Assembly (NCBI GenBank): GCA_965205655.1
Contig: CBDBIJ010000058.1
Location: 73,095-137,094, forward strand
DNA: 64,000 nucleotides
Reading direction: 5' to 3'
DNA from: Candidatus Latescibacterota bacterium
GTDB taxonomy: Bacteria; Latescibacterota; UBA2968; UBA8231
Shown: positions 22,331 through 32,875 of the stretch, in pieces
Numbering within the stretch: position 1 is the stretch's first letter
Layout: every line of letters starts with the position of its first letter
The notes under the pieces: generated by a model
The model's input: only the letters and a program-made list of their open reading frames with translations
The model's database searches: none
Told to the model about the DNA's origin: nothing
Position numbers and translations under genes: made by a program

Positions 22331-24388
22331 ATGACTGATCAGATTGAGAACCGAGAGCGGATGCTCGAACGGGCCGATGCGCTCCTCGACGTTGTGGACT
22401 TGCGCACCTATTTCCGTACCTCCGACGGAATCGCCAAGGCCGTTGACGGGGTCTCCTTTCACATCCGCAAAGGCGAGACGTTCGCCCTCGTCGGTGAGTC
22501 GGGGAGCGGCAAGAGCGTCACGGCCCTGTCGATCATCCAGCTCGTGCAACAGCCTGCGGGCTACATCGCCTCGGGAAGTATCTCTTACCAGGGCGTCGAT
22601 GTCGTCCGCCTGCCGGAAATGGAAAAGCGGAGGCTGCGCGGCAACGACATCTCCATGATCTTCCAGGAGCCTATGACAAGCCTGAATCCGGTACTCACGG
22701 TTGAGGCGCAGATCACAGAGACCATCCGCCAGCACCAGCAGGTCAATCGCGCCGAGGCGCGCGCCCGCGCCCTGGAGATGCTCGAACTCGTGCGGATGCC
22801 CGAACCAGCCCAGCGCCTGCGCGAGTATCCGCATCAGCTGTCCGGCGGCATGTGCCAGCGGGTCATGATCGCCATCGCCCTGGCCTGCCAGCCCGGTTTG
22901 CTCATCGCCGACGAGCCGACGACGGCGCTCGACGTGACCATCCAGGAGCAGATACTCGAGCTCATGCGGGCCCTTCAGGAACGCTTCGGAACGGCCATCC
23001 TCCTCATCACTCACGATCTGGGTGTGGTCGCCGAGAACGCCGACCGGGTGGCGGTCATGTACGCCGGCCGCATCGTCGAGGAGGCGCCCCGAGCGGCACT
23101 GTTCGCCACCCCCGCGCACCCGTACACCGTCAAACTGCTCGAATCGCTACCGCGGATCGATGGCGGTGACGGCAAGCTCCTGCAGACCATCGAGGGGCGG
23201 GTGCCTCAGGCGACGCGCTATCCTGAGGGCTGTCGTTTTGCGCCGCGCTGTCACCTGGCCATGGAGGCCTGCAGTCAAACAGACCCACAGCTGATGCCGG
23301 TGCGGGACGGCCAGAAGGCAGCCTGCCTTTTGTACGCCGGAGATGCAACCCCAGCGCTCGAGGATCTTTCTACGCCCACGTCAGCACTCCTTGGCCGTCG
23401 CGGGGCAGTCGAGACGTCGAGGGAGCAGATCATGACCGCGACAGGTGTCAAAGTGTGGTTTCCCATCCGCCGGGGAATCCTGCAGCGAACCGCCGGCTAC
23501 GTACGAGCCGTGGACGGAGTGGACCTGGCGGTCCGGCGGGGCCAGACCCTGGCACTGGTGGGAGAGTCCGGCTGCGGAAAAACGACGCTTGGACGCTCCC
23601 TGATCCGACTCCTGCGCCCTACTGCGGGCAGTATCAGCTATCGAGGTAAAGACCTCACGGCGCTGACGCCGCGTCAGCTGAAGCCCTACCGGCGGCGACT
23701 GCAGATCGTGTTTCAGGATCCGTACGGCTCGCTCGATCCGCGAATGATGGTCGGCGACATTCTGACCGAGGGCATGGAGGCCCACAGGATCGGATCCAAC
23801 AGGAGAGATCGCATACAGCGCGCCCAACACGTGCTGGAACAGGTGGGAATGGAAGCCGGCATGATCACCCGGTATCCGCACGAATTTTCGGGGGGTCAGC
23901 GACAGCGCATCGGCATCGCCCGCTGCCTCGCCGTGGACCCGGAGTTCATCGTATGCGATGAGGCGACAAGCGCCCTCGATGTGTCCGTTCAGGCGCAGAT
24001 CATCAACCTGCTCCAGCGCCTGCAGGAGGAACTGGGACTGGCCTACTTGCTCATCACCCACGATCTGTCCGTCGTCTCACACATGGCGGACGAGGTTGCG
24101 GTGATGTATCTGGGTCGAATCGTAGAGCGGGGCAGCCGCGACGATATCTTCGGCGCCGCGCGACACCCGTACACGCGGGCGCTGCTATCGGCCAGACCCC
24201 AGGTGGATCCCGTTTCCGGCGCCCAGAAGATCCGTCTCAGCGGCGACGTCCCCTCCCCGGCAAACCCGCCGGCGGGATGCCACTTCCACCCGCGCTGTCC
24301 GGAGCGAATTCGCGGATGCGATGAGGCCTATCCGGCCCAGGTGGAGATCTCCGAAAGCCACGGCTGTCGTTGTATTCTGTATGGCTGA
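22331..24388 (+). CDS. Fused DppD/DppF ABC ATPase (two nucleotide-binding domains)
   Basis: Two Walker A motifs ([16 protein letters not shown]), two signatures (LSGG, FSGGQ), two C.F.PRC motifs. Confidence 0.94.
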   Translation: MTDQIENRERMLERADALLDVVDLRTYFRTSDGIAKAVDGVSFHIRKGETFALVGESGSGKSVTALSIIQLVQQPAGYIASGSISYQGVDVVRLPEMEKRRLRGNDISMIFQEPMTSLNPVLTVEAQITETIRQHQQVNRAEARARALEMLELVRMPEPAQRLREYPHQLSGGMCQRVMIAIALACQPGLLIADEPTTALDVTIQEQILELMRALQERFGTAILLITHDLGVVAENADRVAVMYAGRIVEEAPRAALFATPAHPYTVKLLESLPRIDGGDGKLLQTIEGRVPQATRYPEGCRFAPRCHLAMEACSQTDPQLMPVRDGQKAACLLYAGDATPALEDLSTPTSALLGRRGAVETSREQIMTATGVKVWFPIRRGILQRTAGYVRAVDGVDLAVRRGQTLALVGESGCGKTTLGRSLIRLLRPTAGSISYRGKDLTALTPRQLKPYRRRLQIVFQDPYGSLDPRMMVGDILTEGMEAHRIGSNRRDRIQRAQHVLEQVGMEAGMITRYPHEFSGGQRQRIGIARCLAVDPEFIVCDEATSALDVSVQAQIINLLQRLQEELGLAYLLITHDLSVVSHMADEVAVMYLGRIVERGSRDDIFGAARHPYTRALLSARPQVDPVSGAQKIRLSGDVPSPANPPAGCHFHPRCPERIRGCDEAYPAQVEISESHGCRCILYG

Positions 24389-24441
24389 TGCGGCGCCGAG
24401 GTGAGCGACCGAGTAGAGCGCCTGGCGGGAGAGCGGAAAAC

Positions 24442-25722
24442 TCACCCGTCGAGAAAACCGGGCACGCACTCGTTGGCCACGATCTGCTCGAGGGTCTGGC
24501 GGCACCGTATCTCGTGAAAGGTGCCATCGCCGGCTACTAGGACTTCGGCCGCCTCGGGAAACGAGTTGTAGTTCTTGGCCGACATGCCGGCGCAGTAAGC
24601 ACCACTGCCGCCGACGAGGGCGGCGTCGCCGACGCGGGCTTCGGCGAGGGTGCGGGGAAGAAGCCCCTCGGGGTTCCCGGGTTCGGGCGTCAACACATCG
24701 CCGCTCTCGCAACAGTGACCGACCACCAGGTAGTCGCGAGTTCCCCGGCTCTCTCCGGCTGGCGGCACCAACACAACAGGGTGCTGGGCGCCGTACATGC
24801 TGGGCCTGAGGATTTCCGTCATGCCCCCGTCGACCTTGATGAAGGAGTAGCCCTCCTTGCCGGTGTCGACGACATCCGTCACCGTCAGGATGACGGAGCC
24901 GGCCGCGGCCACCAAAAAGGTTCCGGGTTCGATTTCAAGTTTGAGCGCGCGTCCCGAATCATCTCTGAAGCGCTCGAGCTCCTCGCAGACAGGTCCACCG
25001 GCCGCAGCCAGATCGGCCTCCGGCTCGTCAGCCATGCGGCCGACCTTGTAGCCTCCGCCGAGGTTGATCGCAGAGACGTCGGGCAAGTGGCGGGCGATGT
25101 CGAGCGTGAGTCGGGCGCAGCGCTGCCACACGACGGGGTCCGTGCCGCTGCCGATGTGGCTGTGGAGCAGCCCGATGCGCAGACCGAACTTCTCACGAAT
25201 CGCGAGAGCCTGCTCCAATTGGCCGTGCCAGATGCCAAAACTGGCCGACGGACCGCCAACGTTGGTGCGGTTGCTGTGCCCCGACCCGAGCCCCGGATTG
25301 AATCTCACTCCCACCTCTGACCCGGGGAAAAGGCTGCCGTAGGTGGCCAGCTGGTGCAGAGAGCAGGCGTTGAATCGCACCCCCTCTTCGACGAGGGTCG
25401 CCAGATCGGCGGGAAGTTCCTGAGCCGTCAGCAGGACGTGGCCCGCCGGCACACCCGCAAGGAGGGCGCGGCGGGCCTCGAAGCCGCTGCTGGCGTCGAT
25501 GTGAAGGCCGAGACGGTGGAAGATCCTGATGACGGCCGCACTCGGGCAGGACTTCATGGCGAATCGGACGATGAGTCCGAACGGGTTCGGGAAGTCCAGG
25601 GCTTTTCGCGCCTGTCGTTCCAGCGTCGCCTGATCGTACGCGTACAGGGGGGTGCCGAAGCGCGACTGAAGTGATCGCACCTGGTCTTCCGAGACTGAGA
25701 ACACGGGCTCCACCGGGATCAT
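24442..25722 (-). CDS. lysA: Diaminopimelate decarboxylase
   Basis: FGTPLYAYD, RFAMKS (PLP lysine), HSHIGSG, NLGGG, IEPG, GHCCESGD, GAYCAGMS..YNS. Confidence 0.92.
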   Translation of the reverse strand: MIPVEPVFSVSEDQVRSLQSRFGTPLYAYDQATLERQARKALDFPNPFGLIVRFAMKSCPSAAVIRIFHRLGLHIDASSGFEARRALLAGVPAGHVLLTAQELPADLATLVEEGVRFNACSLHQLATYGSLFPGSEVGVRFNPGLGSGHSNRTNVGGPSASFGIWHGQLEQALAIREKFGLRIGLLHSHIGSGTDPVVWQRCARLTLDIARHLPDVSAINLGGGYKVGRMADEPEADLAAAGGPVCEELERFRDDSGRALKLEIEPGTFLVAAAGSVILTVTDVVDTGKEGYSFIKVDGGMTEILRPSMYGAQHPVVLVPPAGESRGTRDYLVVGHCCESGDVLTPEPGNPEGLLPRTLAEARVGDAALVGGSGAYCAGMSAKNYNSFPEAAEVLVAGDGTFHEIRCRQTLEQIVANECVPGFLDG

Positions 25723-25849
25723 CCCAAACGTCGTATCTTGCTATTTTTACTTCACGTGGGTAGGTTATTCGAGCGTCAAAACAGAGTATGACGCCCGCCT
25801 CCAACCTCGTCAAGTCAATCGCCTCCCGCGCCCAAACCCGTAGTTGAAA

Positions 25850-27673
25850 ATGGCCACCCACATACTCGGCATCTCGGCTTTTTATCATGACAGCGCCGCC
25901 TGCCTGGTCACCGACGGCGAGATAATCGCCGCTGCGCAGGAGGAACGCTTCACCCGCCTCAAGCACGATCCCGGTTTTCCCTCCAAAGCGGTCAGATACT
26001 GCCTGAGCGAGGCTGACATACAGCCGTCCGACCTCCACTGCGTCGGATTCTACGACAAGCCCCTCATCACATTCGAGCGTCTCCTCCTGACCCACCTTTC
26101 CACGGCGCCGAAGGGACTCCGCCTGTTCTGGAAATCGATGGCCGTGTGGCTGAGGGAGAAGCTCTGGATTCCGCAGATTATACAGAAGGAGCTCGACTGC
26201 GACGTGCCCGTCATGTTCGGCGATCACCACGAATCTCACGCCGCCAGCGCCTTCTATCCATCGCCGTTTCAGGAGGCCGCGATCATGACACTCGACGGGG
26301 TGGGGGAGTGGACGACGACGAGCTACGGATATGGCCGCGGCGGGGAGGTCCACACCCTGGCTGAGATGAAATTTCCGCACTCGCTCGGCCTGTTCTACAC
26401 GGCGCTCACTTACTTCACCGGCTTCAAGCCGAATTCTGGCGAATACAAGCTCATGGGCCTTGCTCCGTATGGCGAGCCCCGTTATGTCGAGCGGCTCCTC
26501 GATCGCGTCGTGGATCTCAAGGAAGACGGTTCGTTCCGGCTCAACATGAGTTTTTTCAACTATCTGTCAGGGTTGACGATGACGAGCCCGGCGATGGAGG
26601 AGCTTCTCGACGGTCCGGAGCGCGCTCCGGAATCACCGATAACACAGCGTGAGATGGACATCGCGCGCTCGTGTCAGGTCATCACCGAAGAGGTCATGCT
26701 GGGCATGGCGCGACAGGTGTACGCGGAGACGAAATTGCCCAATCTTTGCATGGCGGGGGGCGTGGCTCTCAACTGCGTCGGCAACGGTCGCATTCTGCGG
26801 GAGGGGCCGTTCGAACGCATGTGGATTCAACCCGCCGCCGGCGACGCGGGAGGTGCCGTCGGCGTAGCACTGTCGCTGTGGCACCGACAAGGAGGGCATC
26901 GCAGGCACACCGACGGTGCCCGCGATGGGATGAAGGGTGCCCTTCTCGGGCCTTCGTATAGCGCCAAGGAGATTTCGGCCTTTCTGAGGGAGGTGGAGGC
27001 CCCGGCGCGCGAGCTCAGCGACGACGAGCTACCAGTGAGAGTGGCACAGCTGCTCGCAGACGAAGCCGTGGTGGGCTGGTTTCAGGGACGCATGGAGTTC
27101 GGTCCAAGAGCCCTGGGTGGCCGCAGCATTCTGGGGGATCCGCGATCGGCGCGCATGCAAGCGCAGATGAATCTAAAGATCAAGTATCGCGAGAGTTTCC
27201 GGCCATTCGCTCCCAGTGTGTTGCGGGAGCGCGTCGGCGACTATTTCGAGCTTGATGACGACTCGCCGTACATGCTCCAGGTGGCACCGGTCAGACAGGA
27301 CAAGCAAATCGCTATGAGCGAGACAGAGCGGGCTCTGTTCGGAATCGAGAAACTCAACGTGCCCCGTTCCGAAATCCCCGCCGTCACCCACGTGGACTAC
27401 TCGGCCCGCATCCAGACCGTCGCGCGCGAGGACAACCCCATCTACCACGACCTGATTCAGGCGTTTGACAGCCTCACCGGATGCGGGCTCGTTGTAAACA
27501 CTTCTTTCAACGTGCGCGGCGAGCCTATCGTCAACACGCCCGAAGAGGCATATCGCTGCTTCATGCGCACGGAGATGGACTACCTCGCGCTCGGAAATTT
27601 CCTGCTCGACAAGAAGAATCAGCCAGCGTGGCAGGAGGAAGTCGCCTGGCAAGAGGAGTTCGAGCTGGACTGA
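25850..27673 (+). CDS. O-carbamoyltransferase (NodU/CmcH/SxtI family)
   Basis: ILGISAFYHDSAA, AQEERFTR.KH, HHESHAASAF, GGVALNC, EFGPRALG.RS, NTSFN. Confidence 0.93.
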   Translation: MATHILGISAFYHDSAACLVTDGEIIAAAQEERFTRLKHDPGFPSKAVRYCLSEADIQPSDLHCVGFYDKPLITFERLLLTHLSTAPKGLRLFWKSMAVWLREKLWIPQIIQKELDCDVPVMFGDHHESHAASAFYPSPFQEAAIMTLDGVGEWTTTSYGYGRGGEVHTLAEMKFPHSLGLFYTALTYFTGFKPNSGEYKLMGLAPYGEPRYVERLLDRVVDLKEDGSFRLNMSFFNYLSGLTMTSPAMEELLDGPERAPESPITQREMDIARSCQVITEEVMLGMARQVYAETKLPNLCMAGGVALNCVGNGRILREGPFERMWIQPAAGDAGGAVGVALSLWHRQGGHRRHTDGARDGMKGALLGPSYSAKEISAFLREVEAPARELSDDELPVRVAQLLADEAVVGWFQGRMEFGPRALGGRSILGDPRSARMQAQMNLKIKYRESFRPFAPSVLRERVGDYFELDDDSPYMLQVAPVRQDKQIAMSETERALFGIEKLNVPRSEIPAVTHVDYSARIQTVAREDNPIYHDLIQAFDSLTGCGLVVNTSFNVRGEPIVNTPEEAYRCFMRTEMDYLALGNFLLDKKNQPAWQEEVAWQEEFELD

Positions 27674-27676
27674 GCA

Positions 27677-28165
27677 ATGAGACGGAAAACGACTCGAAGT
27701 GAGCTGTTGTCGGTGCCGAGACCGACGAGAGGCGAGCTGCGCACGTTCGGGCTGCTGATGGCCGCTGTGCTCGGCGCTGTCGGTCTCGTTCTGTGGTACC
27801 TCGCGATCGTCCCGGCGGGCTGGGGGTCGATCGGGACGGCACTGGCCTTCGTTTTGAGCGCTGCGCTCGTGCCCGCAATCCTGAAGCTCGTCTACATTCC
27901 GTGGATGATCCTGGCGCGCTTGCTCGGATTCGCGAACAGCCACATCCTGCTCGCGCTCATTTTCTATTCCATGTTCGCCGTCGGCGGCCTCATCATGCGC
28001 ATCGTCAGGTACGATCCCATGGACCGTCGTTTTCGCCAGAGCGGGGGCCGTCGTGGCGCGCCGACCGGACAGGACGGTCGCCAGGGGGACGAGGATGGCG
28101 ATTCCTACTGGACGAGACGCGAGAGCACCCTGCTCCCGGCGAACCACTACGAGCGCCAGTTCTAG
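27677..28165 (+). CDS. SxtJ-family membrane protein
   Basis: ELRTFG, hydrophobic helices, WM..A..LG..NS, DPM, SYW..R, ends ERQF; directly after the carbamoyltransferase. Confidence 0.8.
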   Translation: MRRKTTRSELLSVPRPTRGELRTFGLLMAAVLGAVGLVLWYLAIVPAGWGSIGTALAFVLSAALVPAILKLVYIPWMILARLLGFANSHILLALIFYSMFAVGGLIMRIVRYDPMDRRFRQSGGRRGAPTGQDGRQGDEDGDSYWTRRESTLLPANHYERQF

Positions 28166-28318
28166 CGACCGCGGGCGACGGTTCCAGCGCCCCTAAGTAG
28201 TTGCCGTCGAGTCACTCCGGCGAGCGCTGCGAGTATCCGTGTGCCTTGATCGAGTTTGGAGCGCCGGTTATATTTTCTGGGCTCGAGGGACCATTCCGGA
28301 CCTCATTCCCCACCCTTG

Positions 28319-28834
28319 ATGGAACTGATTCGCCTGCCGCAAGTGGATGTCAGGCCTGCAGATGCGACCTGGATGCGGCGCGCCCTCTCACTGGCGCAAG
28401 CCGCTGGCGAACGAGGCGAGGTGCCGGTGGGTGCGGTCGTCGTCCGGGCGGGCGGCCTCATCGGGTCCGGCTCCAACAGGATGGAAGAGGCCCAGGACGC
28501 GACATGCCATGCCGAAATGGAGGCCCTGCGCCAGGCGGCCGCAATGGCGGGCTCTCACCTCGGCGGCGCCACCCTCTACGTGACCCTCGAGCCGTGCGCC
28601 ATGTGCGCCGGCGCCGCGGTGTGGTCGAAGGTCGAACGCCTCGTTTTCGGGGCCCGGGATCCGAAGGCAGGCGCCTGTGGCAGCCTGAGAAACGTGGTTC
28701 AAGATCCGAGGTTGAATCACCGCTGTGAGCTGATCGGCGGAGTGTTTGAGGAGGACAGCGCGAGTTTGCTCCGGAGGTTTTTCGTCGATCTCAGATCGGC
28801 GAATCGCAGCGCCCCGGCGGCTCCGGGCGGATAA
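28319..28834 (+). CDS. tadA: tRNA adenosine deaminase
   Basis: GEVPVGAVVV, HAE, LYVTLEPCAMCAGA, DPKAGACGS. Confidence 0.93.
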   Translation: MELIRLPQVDVRPADATWMRRALSLAQAAGERGEVPVGAVVVRAGGLIGSGSNRMEEAQDATCHAEMEALRQAAAMAGSHLGGATLYVTLEPCAMCAGAAVWSKVERLVFGARDPKAGACGSLRNVVQDPRLNHRCELIGGVFEEDSASLLRRFFVDLRSANRSAPAAPGG

Positions 28835-28882
28835 TCGCACCGGAGCCCGAACCGACGGGCGCGCCGAGACCCGGCGGGGGCC

Positions 28883-28974
<92 letters not shown>

Positions 28975-29133
28975 CAATAAACGCAACATGCTGATTTTAT
29001 TATACTTATGCAGATTGCTTAATTGGGTTTATCCCTGCTGTTATCACAAGAGAGGTCGCCCATCAGTCCCATGGTTTGGGCCGTCTAAAGATTCCCGTCC
29101 CATCCCTCAGGGTAGTGGGGAATTGGGATTCCC

Positions 29134-29360
29134 TTGCCCCCGAGGGACGGCCCGGTATGCCTGGGACTCGATATAGGAGAGGCGCTGTCCGGCTCAGCCG
29201 TTTTCGGGATTTGGCCTACAACGGGAAGGTGCGAGGCGTGGCTGGCGTTCGGAGATCGGCCTGATCTGGTGGAGCGTGGCAGGCACGACGGGTGTCGTTA
29301 CGATATCGTGAAACAACGCGGTGAGCTGCGCACCTACGGTGGCCGAATTACACCCACCGC
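29134..29360 (+). pseudogene. Fragment resembling a phage terminase large-subunit nuclease domain
   Basis: GPVCLGLDIG..S.SAVFGIWP.TGR resembles the RNase H-like G.D.G strand of terminases; no start or end. Confidence 0.45.
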
Positions 29361-30016
29361 ACGCATCAAGGCGCTTGAGGTTTCGGGACTTTCTGGACAA
29401 CCCCTTCCTGAACCAAAACGGACAATTTGGCCGTTTTGCCTCCCTTCTGATCTGAACCAAAAACGACAAATTGTCGCTTTTGTTTGTGGGTTATACGTTT
29501 GTCTTGACGGACTGCGGGCTTTCGCCGAGTTTCTTGTCTGCGTGATGGGCCGGTTTACGGAGCAAGGCCCGCCCCACATCGGCGGGTGTTGCTCCTTTGT
29601 AGCGAGGGTTGGGGGATGGGGAATCCTGCCATTGCTGGCGTCTCTGGTCGGATTTCATTCTGGTTACCCTTTAGTGAATCGGAATTTCCTACTTTAAGGT
29701 CTTGAATAAGATCAGCTCGCGCTCCATGAAAGCTTCGTAGAACTCTTTGCTTAAAACCGCATATTGAACAACAAATTCTACGGCTGATTTTTTGACGGCA
29801 CCTTTGATTATCCTCGACGCAATAAGCAGAATAAGGGCTATCTGCCACTTGTAGAAAATTGCAACCGGGATTGAAGATAGAAAAACAAGCATCCAAATCC
29901 ATGAGAAAAAAACATGAGCAAACTTATATCTAAGCGGCAAGTAGTTCATTACTAAGGACTGAGCCACAAGGTTGTCCAGCGCCCCAGGGTTTTCTTGGAC
30001 ACATTAGAGGGTCCAC

Positions 30017-30370
30017 ATGGACCTGAAAGGAGTGTTCGAGATGACTAAACAGGAGAAGGGTGTTCGGGTCGGCCGATTCTCCGCTCGTCGAAAGCAGGAG
30101 GCGGTGTTGCGCCTGCTGCGTGGGGAGGACCTGGAGGTCCTGTCCCGGGAGTTGGGTGTGATGGCAGCCACGCTGAGTGAGTGGCGCGAGCAGTTCCTGG
30201 GTGGGGGTGAGTCAGCTCTGCACAGCCGTACCCGTGATGAGCGGGATGAACAGATCGCCCGCCTGAAAGCGAAGGTGGGGGATCTGACGATGGACAACGA
30301 GTTGCTGGAGTCCAAGATCCATCGCCTGGAGGATGGACTCCCTTTGGCATCCCGGAGGTCGAAGCGATGA
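30017..30370 (+). CDS. IS3-family OrfA (HTH plus coiled coil)
   Basis: RFSARRKQEAVLRLLRGE, LKAKVGDLTMDNELL. Confidence 0.85.
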   Translation: MDLKGVFEMTKQEKGVRVGRFSARRKQEAVLRLLRGEDLEVLSRELGVMAATLSEWREQFLGGGESALHSRTRDERDEQIARLKAKVGDLTMDNELLESKIHRLEDGLPLASRRSKR

Positions 30371-31275
30371 GCCAGACCCAGTCGCCCTCCAGGAAGCGGC
30401 CGTACAGGCTGCAGCGTGTGTGTCGGGTCTGGCAGTTTCCTCGCTCCACCGTCCACGAGCATCGGCGTCGGGCGGCTCTGCGTCCGGAGGAGCGTCTTGA
30501 GCGGAAGAAACGAGGTCCCCAAGGGCCGTGTACCGACGATGAGCTAGCTGAGAAGATTCGCGAGTTGCTGAAGGCGTCCCCCTTTCACGGGGAAGGCTAC
30601 CGCAAGATGTGGGCCCAGCTGCGGGCGCAGGACATCCGCACCTCGAAGGAGCGCGTACGCCGTGTGATGCGCGAGCACGGCCTGCAGGTGCCGCAACGCG
30701 CCGGCCAGCCAAGGGGCCCGCAAGCACACGACGGGACGATCACCACCGAGCGACCAGACCAGATGTGGGGAACCGACTTGACCACCACCGTGACCACCGG
30801 CGAAGGCACAGCTACGGTCTTCGTGGCTGTCGACCACTGCAGCTCGGAGTGCATCGGCATTCATGCAGCGGCCACAGGCGACCGTTTCGAGGCCCTGGAG
30901 CCGATCCACCAGGGAGTCCGCGAACACTTCGGCGGCGTCGACAAGGGTATCGCCGGGGGGCTGCAGCTGCGCCACGATCATGGCTCTGCGTACATGTCCG
31001 ACCACTTCCAGAAACAGATCGACTTCCTGGGCATCGAGTCGTCGCCCAGCTTCGTGCGTGCCCCGGAGGGCAATGGCTGCTCCGAGCGATTCATCCGCAC
31101 CCTCAAGGAGAATCTCCTGTGGGTCCGATACTTTGCCACGGTCGAAGAGCTCCGTCTTGCCCTGCTCGAATTCAAGAGAGTCTACAACGAGAAGTGGCTC
31201 CTCGAGCGACACAACTATCAGACGCCAAACCAAGTGCGCCGGAGCTTCCAGCAGGAGTTGTCCAAGGCGGCCTGA
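30367..31275 (+). CDS. IS3-family OrfB DDE transposase
   Basis: GYRK, WGTD, RHDHGS.Y, PEGNG.SERF.RTLKE. Confidence 0.9.
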   Translation: MSQTQSPSRKRPYRLQRVCRVWQFPRSTVHEHRRRAALRPEERLERKKRGPQGPCTDDELAEKIRELLKASPFHGEGYRKMWAQLRAQDIRTSKERVRRVMREHGLQVPQRAGQPRGPQAHDGTITTERPDQMWGTDLTTTVTTGEGTATVFVAVDHCSSECIGIHAAATGDRFEALEPIHQGVREHFGGVDKGIAGGLQLRHDHGSAYMSDHFQKQIDFLGIESSPSFVRAPEGNGCSERFIRTLKENLLWVRYFATVEELRLALLEFKRVYNEKWLLERHNYQTPNQVRRSFQQELSKAA

Positions 31276-31488
31276 CCATCCGCCAAATCAGTGTCCAGAA
31301 ACCCAGGGCTTTACAGTTGTCCAGTCCCACCGAAATTTCATTGTTGGCGCATTTGGCTTTGAATTCTTCGTGAGTCAGTTGCATAGTTACTTCAGCGGAT
31401 TAATGACAGGGACGCCTTTGACGAACAGCAATTAGCAAGATACGTTGTAGCCAACACCTCATCCGAAGTTGTCTCCTTCACCTTCTAC

Positions 31489-31815
31489 GTGTTGCGCAAA
31501 AAAGGTGGCTTGGGACTTCCCCACCATGCAGATACGATTTGCGATGTGAACGGCGATGGCACCTACCTTCGCTTCAAACGCGACGGGAAAATAATCGGCG
31601 AATCACAAGGCGACATACATGCTTGGTGGTTGGAGGATGGTTTATCTGGCAAAACATACCGAATCGAAATCCCTCCTGACCATTTTATTGCCATCGTCGC
31701 GGATACCAAGGAACGCCCAGGGGATATGGACTCTCCACGCGAAATATTTTGTCGCGGCGGCGAGATCGTGGCAACTATTTTTACCGACTACCACACATGG
31801 TCAGTTGCCGATTAG
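31489..31815 (+). CDS. Hypothetical protein, possibly two related halves
   Basis: Open frame with two similar segments (ADT...F.RDG.IIG...HAW / ADT...FCRGGEIVA...HTW); stop overlaps the IS1595 transposase stop. Confidence 0.45.
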   Translation: MLRKKGGLGLPHHADTICDVNGDGTYLRFKRDGKIIGESQGDIHAWWLEDGLSGKTYRIEIPPDHFIAIVADTKERPGDMDSPREIFCRGGEIVATIFTDYHTWSVAD

Positions 31816-32816
31816 GCCGTCAACTCTTTATACATCAGCCTTTTCCCCACCATCCCCGCGAATACGTCCCGCATCTGCTCCAGGGTGTCCCTGTCCCTGA
31901 TGTTGTGGCGGCCTGCGAATTCCTGCACGTATCGGTGCAGGTGTTTGCCTGACAGCTTGTGATACACGCCCTTGTGCGCTCGCTTCAGCATGGACCAGAA
32001 GCTCTCTACGCCGTTGGTGTGCGCCATGCCCCGGACGTATTCACCGACTGAGTGCTTGACCGCCTCGTGACGCTTCCGGCCCTGGTAGCTGCTGGCTCCG
32101 TCGGTGTAGACCATCGCTTCCTCGTCGGCTACGGCATCGACGAACCCGGTGAGGGTCTCCTGATCCGTCTGCTCGATGACCTTGGCAGCAACGCGGTTCA
32201 TCTTCCGGTCCTTGGCCCCGATTACAGCCATCTTACCTACGGTTCCCCGGCCTGCATGCAGCTTTTTGTCGGCGTGTTTGTTAGCTTCCTTACCGCCGAC
32301 GTATGTTTCGTCCACCTCTACTGGACCCGTAAAGGAACCAGCTACATCGGCGAACGCTTCCCGGATGCGATGGAGCATGAACCAAGCCGTAGCCTGGCGG
32401 ATGCCGAGGTCGCGGTGCAGCTTCATGCTGCTGACGCCCTTGAGGTTGGTCAGCTCAAGATAGATAGCCCAGGCCCAGAGTCGGAGCGGCAATTTGCTGT
32501 CTTCCATTGAGGTGCCTGTCTTCAGGCTGAAATACTGCTTGCAGTCTCCGCAACGATACGGCATGGGCTTGGCGCTTTTCACTCGATAGGCTCCCTTGGT
32601 GCTCCCGCACTTCAGGCAACACATCTCTCCGTTCGGCCAGTGCAAACCCTCGAACCACTCAATGGCTTTTTCCTCGGTTCCGAACATGTCCGTCATCTGC
32701 ATGACGGTGACGCCTTCGCGGTAGTGCTTTCCCGGTGCCGACATTTTAAACTCCCTTTCTCTATCAGTAAACATACCGCTTTTTCAGGAGTTTGTCAAGT
32801 CATGCGTATAATCCCC
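31812..32816 (-). mobile_element. IS1595-family element (transposase 32744-31812)
   Basis: Zinc ribbon C..C...C..C, VEVDETYVGG, VYTDG, HTNGVESFWS, YVQEFAGRHN; left end GGGGATTATACGCATG at 32816; right IR not found. Confidence 0.88.
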
Positions 32817-32875
32817 ATGCGAAACGATGCCTCGGTATCGCGTCGGCGAGCGGAATCTTAGTTGGAAGGCAGGCA

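Larger units (their letters stand above)
29976..31315 (+). mobile_element. IS3-family element, complete, with 5-bp target duplication GTTGT
   Basis: GTTGT at 29971-29975 and 31316-31320; imperfect IRs CCCAGGGTTTTCTTGGACAC / GTGTCCAGAAACCCAGGG; orfA and orfB overlap at ATGA. Confidence 0.88.
29689..31384 (-). pseudogene. Small AT-rich membrane protein split by an IS3-family element
   Basis: 31384-31316 (MQLTHEEF...VGLDN) joins in frame to 29970-29689 (LVAQSLVMNY...KTLK) when the IS and one GTTGT copy are removed. Confidence 0.8.

Noticed and set aside
19754..23119. Long alternative-frame and antisense ORFs over the ABC transporter (5' part of the 857-aa ORF, the 763-aa minus ORF)
   Set aside because: Shadow frames of GC-rich genes; only the part from about 20906 has permease motifs
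25850..28165. Saxitoxin biosynthesis
   Set aside because: No sxtA, sxtG or other pathway genes; SxtI/J-like genes are widespread
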